Shown here: positions 12,201-24,200 of the stretch, piece by piece
How the letters are laid out: every line of letters starts with the position of its first letter
How positions within the stretch are numbered: the first letter of the stretch is position 1
Source of the DNA: Lepidodermella squamata
Taxonomy: Eukaryota > Animalia > Gastrotricha
NCBI GenBank assembly: GCA_047495785.1
Contig: JBLDXI010000015.1
Location: forward strand, 3,472,001 to 3,536,000
DNA length: 64,000 bases
Reading direction: 5' to 3'
Position numbers and translations under genes: made by a program
The notes under the pieces: model-generated
Database searches by the model: none
What the model was told of the DNA's origin: nothing
Seen by the model: only the letters and a program-made list of their open reading frames with translations

Positions 12201-15200
12201 GCAGATTGTCGAGAGATGATACGCCTGGTGAGACTGTTGCTGTTTTGACCAGCTTTATTGGCGATATTTCCCACGAAAACGGCGGCGATCAGCAGGATCC
12301 AGCGAAAAATGTGGGCGTTCTAGAGGTGGTCCTGCCACCTTCGGATATGCGTTGCGAAGTCACGCTTGGATCACTTCGAATTGACGTTAATCCACAGCTT
12401 ATCAACACCTTGAAAAATCTTACATCGGCATCTAGTGATACGGGCCAGAACGCGGTGAATTTGAAACCAGCGGCTAACACGACGCCTCGAGATACGCCAC
12501 TATCAGTGTTGTTGAAGCTTTATCCGGAACTTGCGAAAATTAAGGTGGATTTAATGAAATTATTATTTCAATTTTCTAATTGTTTTTAATTTCTCTAGAT
12601 TTCACTGTCACTTGTCGCATGCAATCTCACCATTGATGCCGCGCCTGTAATTACTGTAACACTATCTGGTATGTGGTTAATTTATTGGATAAATGGTTGA
12701 AATTTTGTATTTTTTCTTCAGAAATGGTGTTTGAGCAAAATCTATTCGCAAGCCTTCCCGGTTCGTTCGCGCTGCGATTAGCTTGTCGCTACCACAACGC
12801 CGCTGTTTCGAACTGGGAGCCTCTGATCGAATCGTGGGGCGGCCAACTCGCGTGGAGAAATGACGGATCGCATGCGAACGAACTGCTAATATCGGCTACA
12901 TCGGACAAAGTGTTCAACGTGAACATCACCAGTGCTCTTCTTGAACTGATCACCTGGTTGAAACAAAATTGGAACGTTCCTGAATCTCTTCAACATTCGC
13001 TGTAAATATTATTCAGATATATTTAAACTTCGAACTAATCGAACCATTTTTTACATAATTTAGACCTGATGTCACTGCGATTTCGTCTTCATTGCGTTCC
13101 GAGAGCCACCATGCTGTTCGTCCATTCATTCTGGTCAACAAACTCGAGCTGCCCCTCCAGTTTTGTGTCCAGCAATCGGATATGTGGACAACAATTGATC
13201 CTTCTAACAGCGAAAGGCAATCGATCCTAATTGCCGCGCCGAACCAGGAAATCGAATTTGGGGAAAATTTTTGCCCGACTTCATCCCTGAGTTTGGCCGT
13301 GAAAATTACCGGGTTTCAAGCGATTCCTTTGCCTATTCCAGTCGACGCTCTTGGTATCGTTGTTCGCTCGACCTTACCTGAGAGTCTGCCACCTAGGACT
13401 GGGAAGAAGATGTCGAATGCGGTTAATCCGACCAGAATCATATTCCGGGTAACGCTGAATCGAAGGCGGCAGAAAGTTATCTACGCTGAATCAGCTGTTA
13501 GATTGGTCAATCGATTACCGCACGGCCTTGCTCTGACTTTTACGGACAACACCGAGGAAGATCCAGCCACGCTTGGCGCGGTGGTCACCCTTGATACAGG
13601 CGAGTCAGTGCCGCTGCCTTTGGTCAATCTCTACAAGTTGTTGTGGTTCCGGCCTTTAAAACCTGGCATCGGGTTTTGCCGGTCGCCAGTGACCTGGCAA
13701 CACGTCACTCAATCTGGGTTACCGGAAAATGTCCCAGTTTACTGCCAATCGCGGCAAGACAGCCGGCCTTACTATTGCATTGTTTCTATTGCGAAACGGC
13801 AATCGCACTTTTCAACCGATACTTTAACCTCAACATCAGATCCGTGGCATATGATAACAATATCAGCGCCTATCGTCATTCGAAATTTACTACCCTGTGA
13901 TATGAATTTCGAGTTGACCTCGTCATCAGGCCGTAGTGGGGCTCCAGTTGCTAACGACAACTTGCAATCAGGCCGCACGGCTCGTCTTACTGCACTAGAT
14001 GCAGACTCGAGCAGTTTGAGTTTGTCGGTTAAGCTGGATCAATACCCGTACTGTACCCCGGTCTCTGTCATGGTCGGGCGATCAAATTTATTCGTCCTGG
14101 ATGAGGCTAAACGGCCTCTTCGGTTGACTATGTCCACAGAGCGGTCAAGACACGGTGTCCTTGTGGTAAATTAATTAAATTTCGAATTGATCTGATAAAT
14201 TAAGGTGGATTTTTTTTCAGATTCGAATCGAGTGCAGTTATTGGCTGTATAACAACACAAACTTGCCACTGATTTTTCGCCAACATTCCAACTCCTTGCC
14301 TACAATGGACACCAGTCCTTACCAGCCTAATAACTATTCGACATCGTCAGATTCAGAAGAGGGCCATCACGTGATAGCAGCTGGCCAATCGCCAGAGTTT
14401 GAAGTTGCAAGAAGCGTTGTGCCTCTTATGTTCAGTTTCGACGACGAAGAATGGCAATTGTACGTAAAAAATTTAAATTCTTTTTACTGTAATTTTTCTT
14501 CATCAAATATAAATAATATAAATAATACAACAAAATACGTAAATGCTTAGCTGTGCAAGTGTACATCAGTTGAATTTTTATGAATTAGCCGTCTCCAAGG
14601 TTGTGTTTTTTTCTGTCGATATGCGTCCAACGTCATTTTTTAATTGAGCAAGTTGGCGCTGTTTTTCTTGCCACACGCGAAAGACTTGATTCCAATATTG
14701 TTGTTTGACGCTCGTGATCAAACGTTTTCATTCTCCGACTCAAGCACCACCAAGATTGTAGGACCGTTGTGGCTGTAATAAGGCATAGGTTGATCCATCG
14801 GTAGGACAGGGTGTCTAATAATCGGGGTGCTGTAATCGCTTGCAGTTGGTGATGTTTCCACGGGTTGTGCCGCGGTTTTGATGACAGGAGTGCTGTAGTC
14901 GCTAGGTTCAGGAGATTTTTCGGCGCTTTGCCCGGAATGGTGACTCAACTGAGGCGATTCGCTGGGTAGCAGCCGCTGATCATTCTCCTGCGTGGTTTCT
15001 CGGTAAATCGAGCCTCGCCTGCTTTCCTCCCCAGTTGGCGGGACTACTGATCGATCGCCATGGTTATTAGATGCCCAAGTTGAGTGCCGAGGAGCCCATT
15101 TAGGACAGAACATGTGTAGTGCCTTGAATATTCGTAAAATATTATTAAAAAATATATCAATATTGGCAAAAATGACCTCTTGACGGAATCGGGTACCACT

Positions 15201-18200
15201 CAGCAGATAAGTGTAAAAACTGAGCGAATGGTTCAGGTATAGGGCTAGGGTGCATACTAGCTCAGCGATCGCCATTTGATTTTTGTATCGCGTTCTTTCC
15301 GGTCCGGCTGGTAAATCACTCGAGTGGGTGAATCGCCAAAAATCCAGGATAACATTGGGCGTTGTAAGCAACAGGAAAGTGAAGCTAGCCGCGACTAACA
15401 TGATTGTCAGCGATCTCACTGTGCTGTCCTGGTGATGTTGCTGAGTTGCTTGTTTCTTGCATTTGCCCTCAAAATCTTGGTGAATCTAAGCAAATTTGAA
15501 AAAATGTAATCTTAAGCTGGATTTTATTCATTATTTTTACCTTGCAAATGATGATTGTGTTGCAAACACTGAATGAAACGAATGGACCAAGGACGTAAAT
15601 TAGCAGCACGACGTAGGGCAGGTGGTCTTTCCAGTATTTTTCTGCCCCAGGTGACGTATATCCGCATTCGTTGCGAGATTCTGAATGATGAACTCCTCTA
15701 GTTACGAAAACGTGGCTGTTGAGAGCCATCGCACAGCACGTTATGATGAAAGCTGCCAGCCAAATTCGGCGTTGAGTGAAAATTAAATTCGCCTTTAGCG
15801 GGTTGATCACAGCTATCAGCCGGCCGACGTTGAGGGCAGCCAGGTTCCAAACCGATGAATCAAGCGCGCTATACACGATGAACATGTGAATTTTACACAA
15901 CATGTAGTGTTTCAGCCTGATGTCGTATCCGAACACGATTTTGCCGTAATGCCGCGTTAGGCCCGTCAATAAAATGATACAGTCGAAAAAAGCGATTAAT
16001 CGTAGGGCGAGGCTGATTGCTGATCGCCTGATAGATGGCCGATTTAGCACGATAAGTGATAAAATATTCCCAGTAAGCCCGGCCAGAAATAAAAACGGTG
16101 AGATGTAGGTCCACAAAACTGCCGTATACTAAAATTGGTTAAATTACAAGAAAATTTCAAATTGAATATGAGATAAGCAAACCTCGTTTGTTTCGCTGTC
16201 CCGGTCTAACAGTGTTATATTGGTAATTGGTAGCACTGTGACACTGAAGTCGTCCATAGTTACAGAAAATTCTTGCGAAATTTCTTCAGCTGGTGGATTG
16301 CTAATAACAGCGAAGTTGCATCGACCTAGAACGATAAATAGCCGTTGTTTTTGTATTATTTGTATCTAAATCAGGGCATTTCACTTGGGCATATTTAGAC
16401 GAAGTGTGGGCGCGCTATATTCGCGCTAAGCTCGCAATCGCTAGTCATTTTCTATAGTAAAAAAGCGCTGATTTCGAGCAAATGCCGAGACTATTAAAAT
16501 CGTATCATCGATACGGTTTTGAATGCAGCAATCAGTGCCGTAGCGCGGCGAGCGCGTGTGATAATTTGCAACTAATTGACTTGGCATTCAGCTCCATTGA
16601 AATTGATTTTGCTCTCAGCCTATCGCAGTATTGAGACCGGATGTGTGTTCATCACTTGGTCTGCGGGTATCAATTGAGATCCGCTAGACATCATTGCCCT
16701 GAATAATGTCGCAGGAGGATTATTCTAGAAAATTGCTGTGGATATTTGGAATTTAACGGAGGAGTGAACTTATTTCTCCCGCGACTATTTAGCGGGTATG
16801 GTTGAGTATAAACAAATTTTTCTATTTCGCAGTATAAAATACATACATGATATAAAGCACGGCGTGGCGAATGACAGGAAAAAGACATGTATTTTGACAA
16901 ATAGATAGAAAGGCATTTTTGGCAAATAAAATAACAGGCAGGAAGAATTTGCGAGCAAATAACACGAGAAAACTAGATCGATTTTCTGTCTATGTGTTCC
17001 ATCCACCGTGTTGCGATTGGAATTCTTCGGCACGATACCCGATCTCAGTCTTATTTGTGACATATTTGGTGCTAATGAACCACCACCCACTACTTGGGTG
17101 TAATAAAATTACCAAAAATTTACCGATATTTTTGTTACCTAATTGGGCCGTAGTGGTGTCGTTGGTGTTGTTATTGCTGGTCGTGTTCATAATCGCCGAT
17201 TTGTTCACCGATAAATCTCCCGACTGGTTGGAACGTGCGTCATTTTTGCGATCCGCCGACTAGATTTTGATCGCTTCTTAGTTGCCACTACCTGACAAGC
17301 TGCTATTAACGCTCGAGGGCATCATCGCAGGCACTATAATTGGATTCTCGACTGATGCTTTCATACGGCGGTCGAGAATTCGCTGCTACCTTTTTTGTCG
17401 CCGTGAGAAATTTTGGCGGAAGTGATAAAATTATTATCAGGCAGCGGGCGAAAAAAATCGTGGCGGCTATCTATAGTTGCTTCTTCTATATTTGGCGGCT
17501 TAGCGAATTAAACTCAAGCGCGCGTATAAGGACGCCAGGCTATATTAGGCATGATATCGGCGACGAATCGGCGTATTCACACGACCCGCAAATCTTATCA
17601 AGAAAATACGCTTCAGGACCTACTATTATTGGACTAATATAACGTGGTAAAATGTTACGTTTTATTTAGTAAGTGATTGAAAGCGTTGAAATTTTGTTAT
17701 TCGAAGGCTCAAATACTATAATGTAATGTTTAGCCGTGGCGTTATTCAATTACAAATTTTGTTATTCGGGCAATTTTGTATCGATTTGGCGAGCTAGTGA
17801 ACAGTTTCCGGCTTTCTAAGTCTGGAATCTGCGGGCGGCTATACTCGAAGCGGCCCGCGACTCGGAAAAAGTATTGTTTAGAAATATCAAGGTGTAAAAA
17901 TTGCGGTAACGAGTGTTAGTTGGACCAGAAGGACATGAATTGCAAAATGCATATATATGTGACGCGTTTTGCACTAATACGAGATCGTTCTTTTTTTTTA
18001 ATTTGGCTGGTGTGAAAAATCGATAATAATACTTACCCGACTACAATTTATGCGTATATTGAGTCTGGGCCGCCAACTCTGATGATCGCTGCTAAGTTGT
18101 TCATTTATTAATTTCGTGCGATCGAAAACAGTTGAGACATAAGAAGCTGATCATATTGAAACAACGGATGAAACTGCGGATATTTTGTGCGGTGTTTTCG

Positions 18201-21200
18201 ATTTTTTCCGCCGGCTCTGCTTAGTCTGGCACATTGTGTACCAGAAGAGTCTTAAAAACTCGCCCGTTTTTTTTCTCCGTTTGATGTGTCTATAATTGGA
18301 AAGTTTAGAGGGCGTGGGGATTTGCGGGTTTGTTTTATACATGCAAGTATACTGCGAAGTCTTTATTCACTTGGAAGCTGGTTCACCATTTTATTATTAT
18401 TATTTTGTTACATTCGCCCCTGGTTTTTATGGTATATACAAATGGCTATCTCTACATGGAATATTACTGGCACGCGAACAGAAAAAGAAAAATAAAGAGC
18501 AGCAGAAATAAAGGCATAATAATAATAATAATAATAATGGTGATATTATATTAATTTATATTCGATAAATTGGTTTATAACAGTAAAATGAAGGATTTTG
18601 TTGCGAATGCAGACGGACTAAAAATCATCACTGTTAATGAGATTTGGCGTTGTTTTGCTGGTGGTGGTGAAAAAACGTCTCAGACATAGATTTTTCGTCC
18701 TGATTCGCTCGCGCCGCCGTTCCCCTTAGTACCGCCACTGGCTCCCTCGCTTAGCCAATACATTTGCTGTTGCTGCTGCTGGGGCATCATCATCATACTA
18801 TTGCTAGGCAGAGTGCCGCCTTGAGCCACTGCCTGAGCCGCTGCTGTCATTAGCGAAGTATGCTGCTGCCGATGCGCTGTCCCGTTGCCATTCAGCGTTT
18901 GATACTGGTAGTGATTAGGCACCAATCCTTGCTGCTGGTTGTTTTGAACACCATAAGCGCGACTAGCTGTAGGGTAATACGGCTCGTTTGTATGAATCAG
19001 AGATAGCTGTTGAGGCGGCGGCGGTGGCGGCATTTGCGCCGGCCGGTTGCTCCGGCTCAGCGTCGCCTGGGTTAACAACTTCCCAGCATCAATCGGCGCA
19101 ACATCGCTCGGGCTAATCGCTATCACCTCATCATATTTATGCTTTTTGCCAGACGATGTCGACTTTTTCCGAACCGGTGTCTGTTTTTTCGAGGAATGAT
19201 GGTGGTTGTGGTGATGCTTAGCCTTGCTATCGTGGTGGTGACTCAGGTGCTTCGGATTACTGCCCACCAAACTGCTGTGATCTTCGTTATCTAAACAGCT
19301 TTGATCGCCGAAATCTGAGTCTGATTCATCGAGAGACGCGCGCGGCTTTTTCCGCTTTTTCGACTTGGATTTCTCGTCTTTCGGCTTCTTTTCGCCGTAC
19401 AGCCCCATCGTCGACTCGGTCATTGCCGGGCAAAGTTGCGGCGCCGCCAAAAACATGAACGGCAATTTTATGACGCAATTTAGCAGCTGCGCGAATAGCA
19501 CTAAGGCTCGCATCGACGGATGGACGGTTATATTCATGAAAAGTTCCATCGCTGCCAAAACTGCGGTAGGTGCCAATAGGATTGCTTGAACTGCGGCTAG
19601 TAGCGCGAACAGCACCAGAAGATTTATTTTCAGAAGTTTGTATTTGTGCTGCTTGTGTTTGGCATCTGCCTTGTTTATAGCCGGGTGGCATCTGCCCTGG
19701 AAACTTAACGTCAACACCAGCAAAACAGCGGCAAGGGTCGGGCCTGAATTTCACAAGAAAAATTATTGAAATAAAAAAATATATATTCACGCATACCGAT
19801 GACATTGATGATAACACTGACGATCGGGTGAACGTGCAACCAAAAAATGCGAGCATCCGGAAACGAATAACCGCATTCGTTAAAAGTGTATAGCGTACCA
19901 TATTCGCCCTGCACTTGCAGTCCTGTGATAAACAACAACAAAAATAAAATGAAACAACCAAGAAAACAAATTTTAATTGACTAACCTCGGGTGATAAGAT
20001 TTTGTAAATTAAGGAGGAGCGACATGATAGTGGCGTAAATGATGAGGCGACTTGCTGGGCGCCACAATTCGCATAGGCCAAGCGGAACAAGCCAAACACT
20101 GAGATCAAGTGCGCTCGCCAGCAAAAAGTGACGCATTTTACACGACCAAGGGTGCAAGTGATCGAGACTTATCGAAAATAACCGGTCTATCGCTAAACGG
20201 CCAGCTCCAAGGACGATGCAAATCAAATCTAAAAATGATTGAGAAAAAATGCTTAAAAAATTTGACAAAAATTAAGGTGGAATTTTTCAGATGTTTTAGA
20301 TTATTTTGAATTTTTTGAATTTTTGAATATTATTAAAATTTTACCTGCAATAGCGATAGTTGCGATGAAAGCCACGCCGGGTAGTTTGTGCCGTAGCCGG
20401 CAGCAAAGCGCAAGTTGAATGGCGTTTGTGATAATTCCAAGAACTAGAATAACGATAGGGCTGTAGTTGAAAATGTACAGCGTCGAACGGCGGACGATGA
20501 ATGGCAAGCTGCCGCCGTCGATGCTGACCGATGATGCTTGGTCGAAAGCTTGATTATTCGGAAGAGGTGTCGACTCATCGCCCGCGTTTATGTACACAGT
20601 TTCCGGCTGTATGTATATCACACCGGGCGGTGGATCGCTAACGTTAAGATCCAACCAGGCCCAATTGCTTTTCCAATCGGCGTAACTTCTTTCCTAAAAA
20701 AAATTGAAAAATTATTAGGAAAATTAAGGTGGTTTGGTAAACTTACTTCGTCTTGTAGCCATTTCGAAAAATATCGTATACTCATAATTTTATTATATTC
20801 ATATAATTTTTTTACTTCGTTTTTTATAAAATTTCCTATAACAATATAATAATTTGTCTATGTATTTTTTCAGCTGCCAGATGCGGTTGGGCAAAGGCCT
20901 CCACTATCCTGCGTTGAAGCCGATATGGTAAGTTGCAAAAATGAGAAGAATGATACGCGTCATTAGGCCGTATTTTTAAAATACCTCAAGCTCAATTTGT
21001 TAGCAGCGGGAGAAAAAGCCCGGCTAGTTGATTAGCCGAGCGGCTCACAGCGAGAAATCAAACTGTGATAATATATATGGCGCGCAAAAATTTTCTCTCG
21101 CCGCGCGGCGGCTAATTTTTGTCAGCGCGCGCGCCCGCATGCGGTGCAAAGGGACAAAGTGGTAGCTTTTCTGTGATGTTATATAGTCAATATATAAAAA

Positions 21201-24200
21201 CGGCGCTGGTCATCGCGAGCCGCGAAATCACTTCATAATCGAAAATGTATAATGATTTGTTTTTGCGAGGCGTCGCAATGCGCGGTGCGTTTTTGATACA
21301 CTACTGCTACCAAAAACACGCCACTTGTAATGAATATGCATTACTATTGATGATAATATTGTTTTATAAAGTTGTGTCGAGTGAAAAAGGCCGGCGATCG
21401 GCGATAGGTGATAAGGAGTCTGGACTTGATTGATCGCGGCGCGGGCCGGGGTGAGTCGATAACCGGCACAGATAATAACGCGAGGGCGAAATTAATGACT
21501 CGTGCGATGTTTCTTCGGTAAACATCGTATATATAAAAGTATCAACATCAATACGCATACCGTTTTATTAGTTTTATCTGTAGGCTTTTGATACACGAAA
21601 CAACAACCTGTGTGCGTTTTCAAGTGCACTCGGCCTCTTTACCTGTGCGTTTCGGAATTATTAGTGTAATAATTTCGGGCACATGCTTATAATGAGCCGC
21701 TTCCTGCGTTTAATTTGCGCCGGCTGGGTTTAATAAAATTTAACAAGAATTAACCGGTAATAGTTTCCATATATTCCTAAATACTTTGAGAAAAAAAAAC
21801 AACCAGCTTAAAAGCGATAATGTTAGTGCATATTAGCTTAAATGCCTACAATAACGACGTGAAATGTAGGAAATTTTGCGAAATATTAAAATAAAAATTG
21901 AATTATCGATATATACTGTACGAATGTAAATAATAAAAACGGGACAGCTGAAGATGAAAGTATAAGTAGATTTATATGCCGGGCACATTTCCGCCGCGAC
22001 GCGCATCCTTATCTTTTGAGACCCGCCTTTACAACTCATCCGCTTGTGTCTGACGCGTTGTTTATTACAATATACTTACTATATCTATAGCGCGAGACTT
22101 AATTTATATTCACTATATATAGGAAATTTGTCGATAATTAATTAAGTATATTACGCACTTCAAAATCGTCTGTGTATATTATATGTAGGTCACAAAAATT
22201 TTCGTTGGTTGGTGGCACTACGACTCGTTGGCTTTTCGCCTCGTCGAGCGAGGAGAATTACGTACCTGAGAGGTAAATATCTACACCATTTTTTCATGAT
22301 TTATTCATCGCGTAAATAAATCCACCTTAATAAGGTGCTACGTTATCGGTCTCGAGGTCGAACAAGGCCGCGGGGAGTACGAAAATACCACTTTTGTAAC
22401 GTTCACCGCGCGCTATCAAATCGTCAACCACACGAGCCATCCGGTCTGCGTCGCGCAACACTGCCTGGTTGTCAAAAGTTTGCCGCCTTTCGATGACGCG
22501 GATTCAACAACGACTGACGGCGTTGTTCAAGTCGCGCCGGGCAGCTCGATGGCGTTTCACTGGTGGCGGGCTGATGCCGAGAGTCTGATATCAGTTCGAA
22601 TGGTGGCTTTCGGCTGTTTTTGGTCGGGAAGTTTCGATATAAACTCGCCCTCGTCGTTTCATGTCAATATGAGAGATGGCACTGGCGCCTGCCACCTGTT
22701 GCACGTTGAAATAATCTCTCTGGGTCCGATGAATTGCATTCTGCTATCTGACGCTTCAATGACCCCGCCGCCGTATCGAATCGACAATTTCTCGGAGATT
22801 CCGCTGCTTTTCAGCCAGAAGGGAACAACCGCCGATCGCCTGAGGACTTTGGTGAATCCGAAAAGTTCGATAGCCTACGCGTTGGATGAGCCGAGTTTGC
22901 CGCCGAAAATCGTGGTATCGATCGTTGGCGGCGCGGCTTCGACCGGGGTTGTCTACGACCTGGACGTGTTGGGCGAAGGCGAGTCGTTGGAATACGAGAA
23001 TTTCATCTTTATCCAGCTTGAAAATTCGAATTTGACTCTCGATGTTGCGGCCGATCAGCGGCGGGTTGTTTTCGCGCCGATGCAAGTCGGCCGGCGGAGT
23101 CAGCTGTGGCGCATGACTTCGAGTGGCATTCTGCAGAACGAGGGGGTGCTGTCTACCGGCAATGCTAGATGCGTTTTGGATACCGACGAACACGGAATTG
23201 ATCCGCACAAAAACGTTTTACTCTGCTTACGGCAACAGGTAAATATTGAGCATGAAATTATTAATTTTTTTGAAAATTTTTTTGAAAAAATGCAAAAGTC
23301 AAGCCTTTTATTGGAACCAACATTTAAAAATTGGCACCTAACTCAAAAGATGAAGTGTCATTTTTCGAGAATTCATGTTGAAGTTCAGTTTCGAGGCCTC
23401 ATGCAGGAAATTGCGAATTTATTAGAATATTTGAAAGTCCATCTTAAATTCGCGAAAATTTAAAAAATACATATTTCTGCACAGATTAATTATTTTGTTC
23501 CGCATTTTGTTCGGCACTTGGCCGCTAAATTTAGGGTTCCAACAATAAATTTGAGGCTTGAGTTATTATACTACACCTTTTTGAGTTATCGAGCTTCGGC
23601 GATTTTTTGGTATATGAAAGTATTGGCAAATTTGGTACCGCTGGAAATCCCAAGATGCGAGCTATTTTTCAGTGAAATTTGCCAAGTTTTATCAGTTGTA
23701 CAAAAATGGATATTCAGGGCCAAAGCTCAAAGGTTCAAAACTTAGGGTGTCCTAATTTTGGGCCCGTCACGGTAAGCTCCCAGTGAATGCCAAAAATTCA
23801 AGTTACAAGCGGTTTTTTTAGTCTTTTTGTAATTAAAATTAAATCTGATTTTTTTCTTTTTAGGACGATCGACGCAAAACTGTGCAAACTTGGACGTTTA
23901 CAGACGATGGCCGACTAACCTGCGGATCGCCCTCGTCAATGCTCGGCGTCCACGGCGGCGATTTGAGCGCAGCCGGGTCCGCCGAAATTCGCGACGCGTT
24001 CTTCGGGCCAAGTCCCCCTAGCCGGATAGTTCGGAAGCGACTACGGCCTGGCAGTGGTGTGCTATGCGTTTCGGTTGTTTCCGACGGTCCAACGCGGGTG
24101 CTACGTGTTTGCGACCTACGCGCGACTCGAAATTCAAGCCGGCAGTCGGGTTTGCTTCAAAAACTCAACGACTCCTCGCCAATTAGCGAAACAGTCGGAA

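Noticed and set aside
22319-22334. CCTTAA just upstream of an acceptor, resembling a U12 branch point
   Set aside because: The donor is GTAAAT, not the U12 RTATCCTT, and the motif is usually in the opposite orientation.
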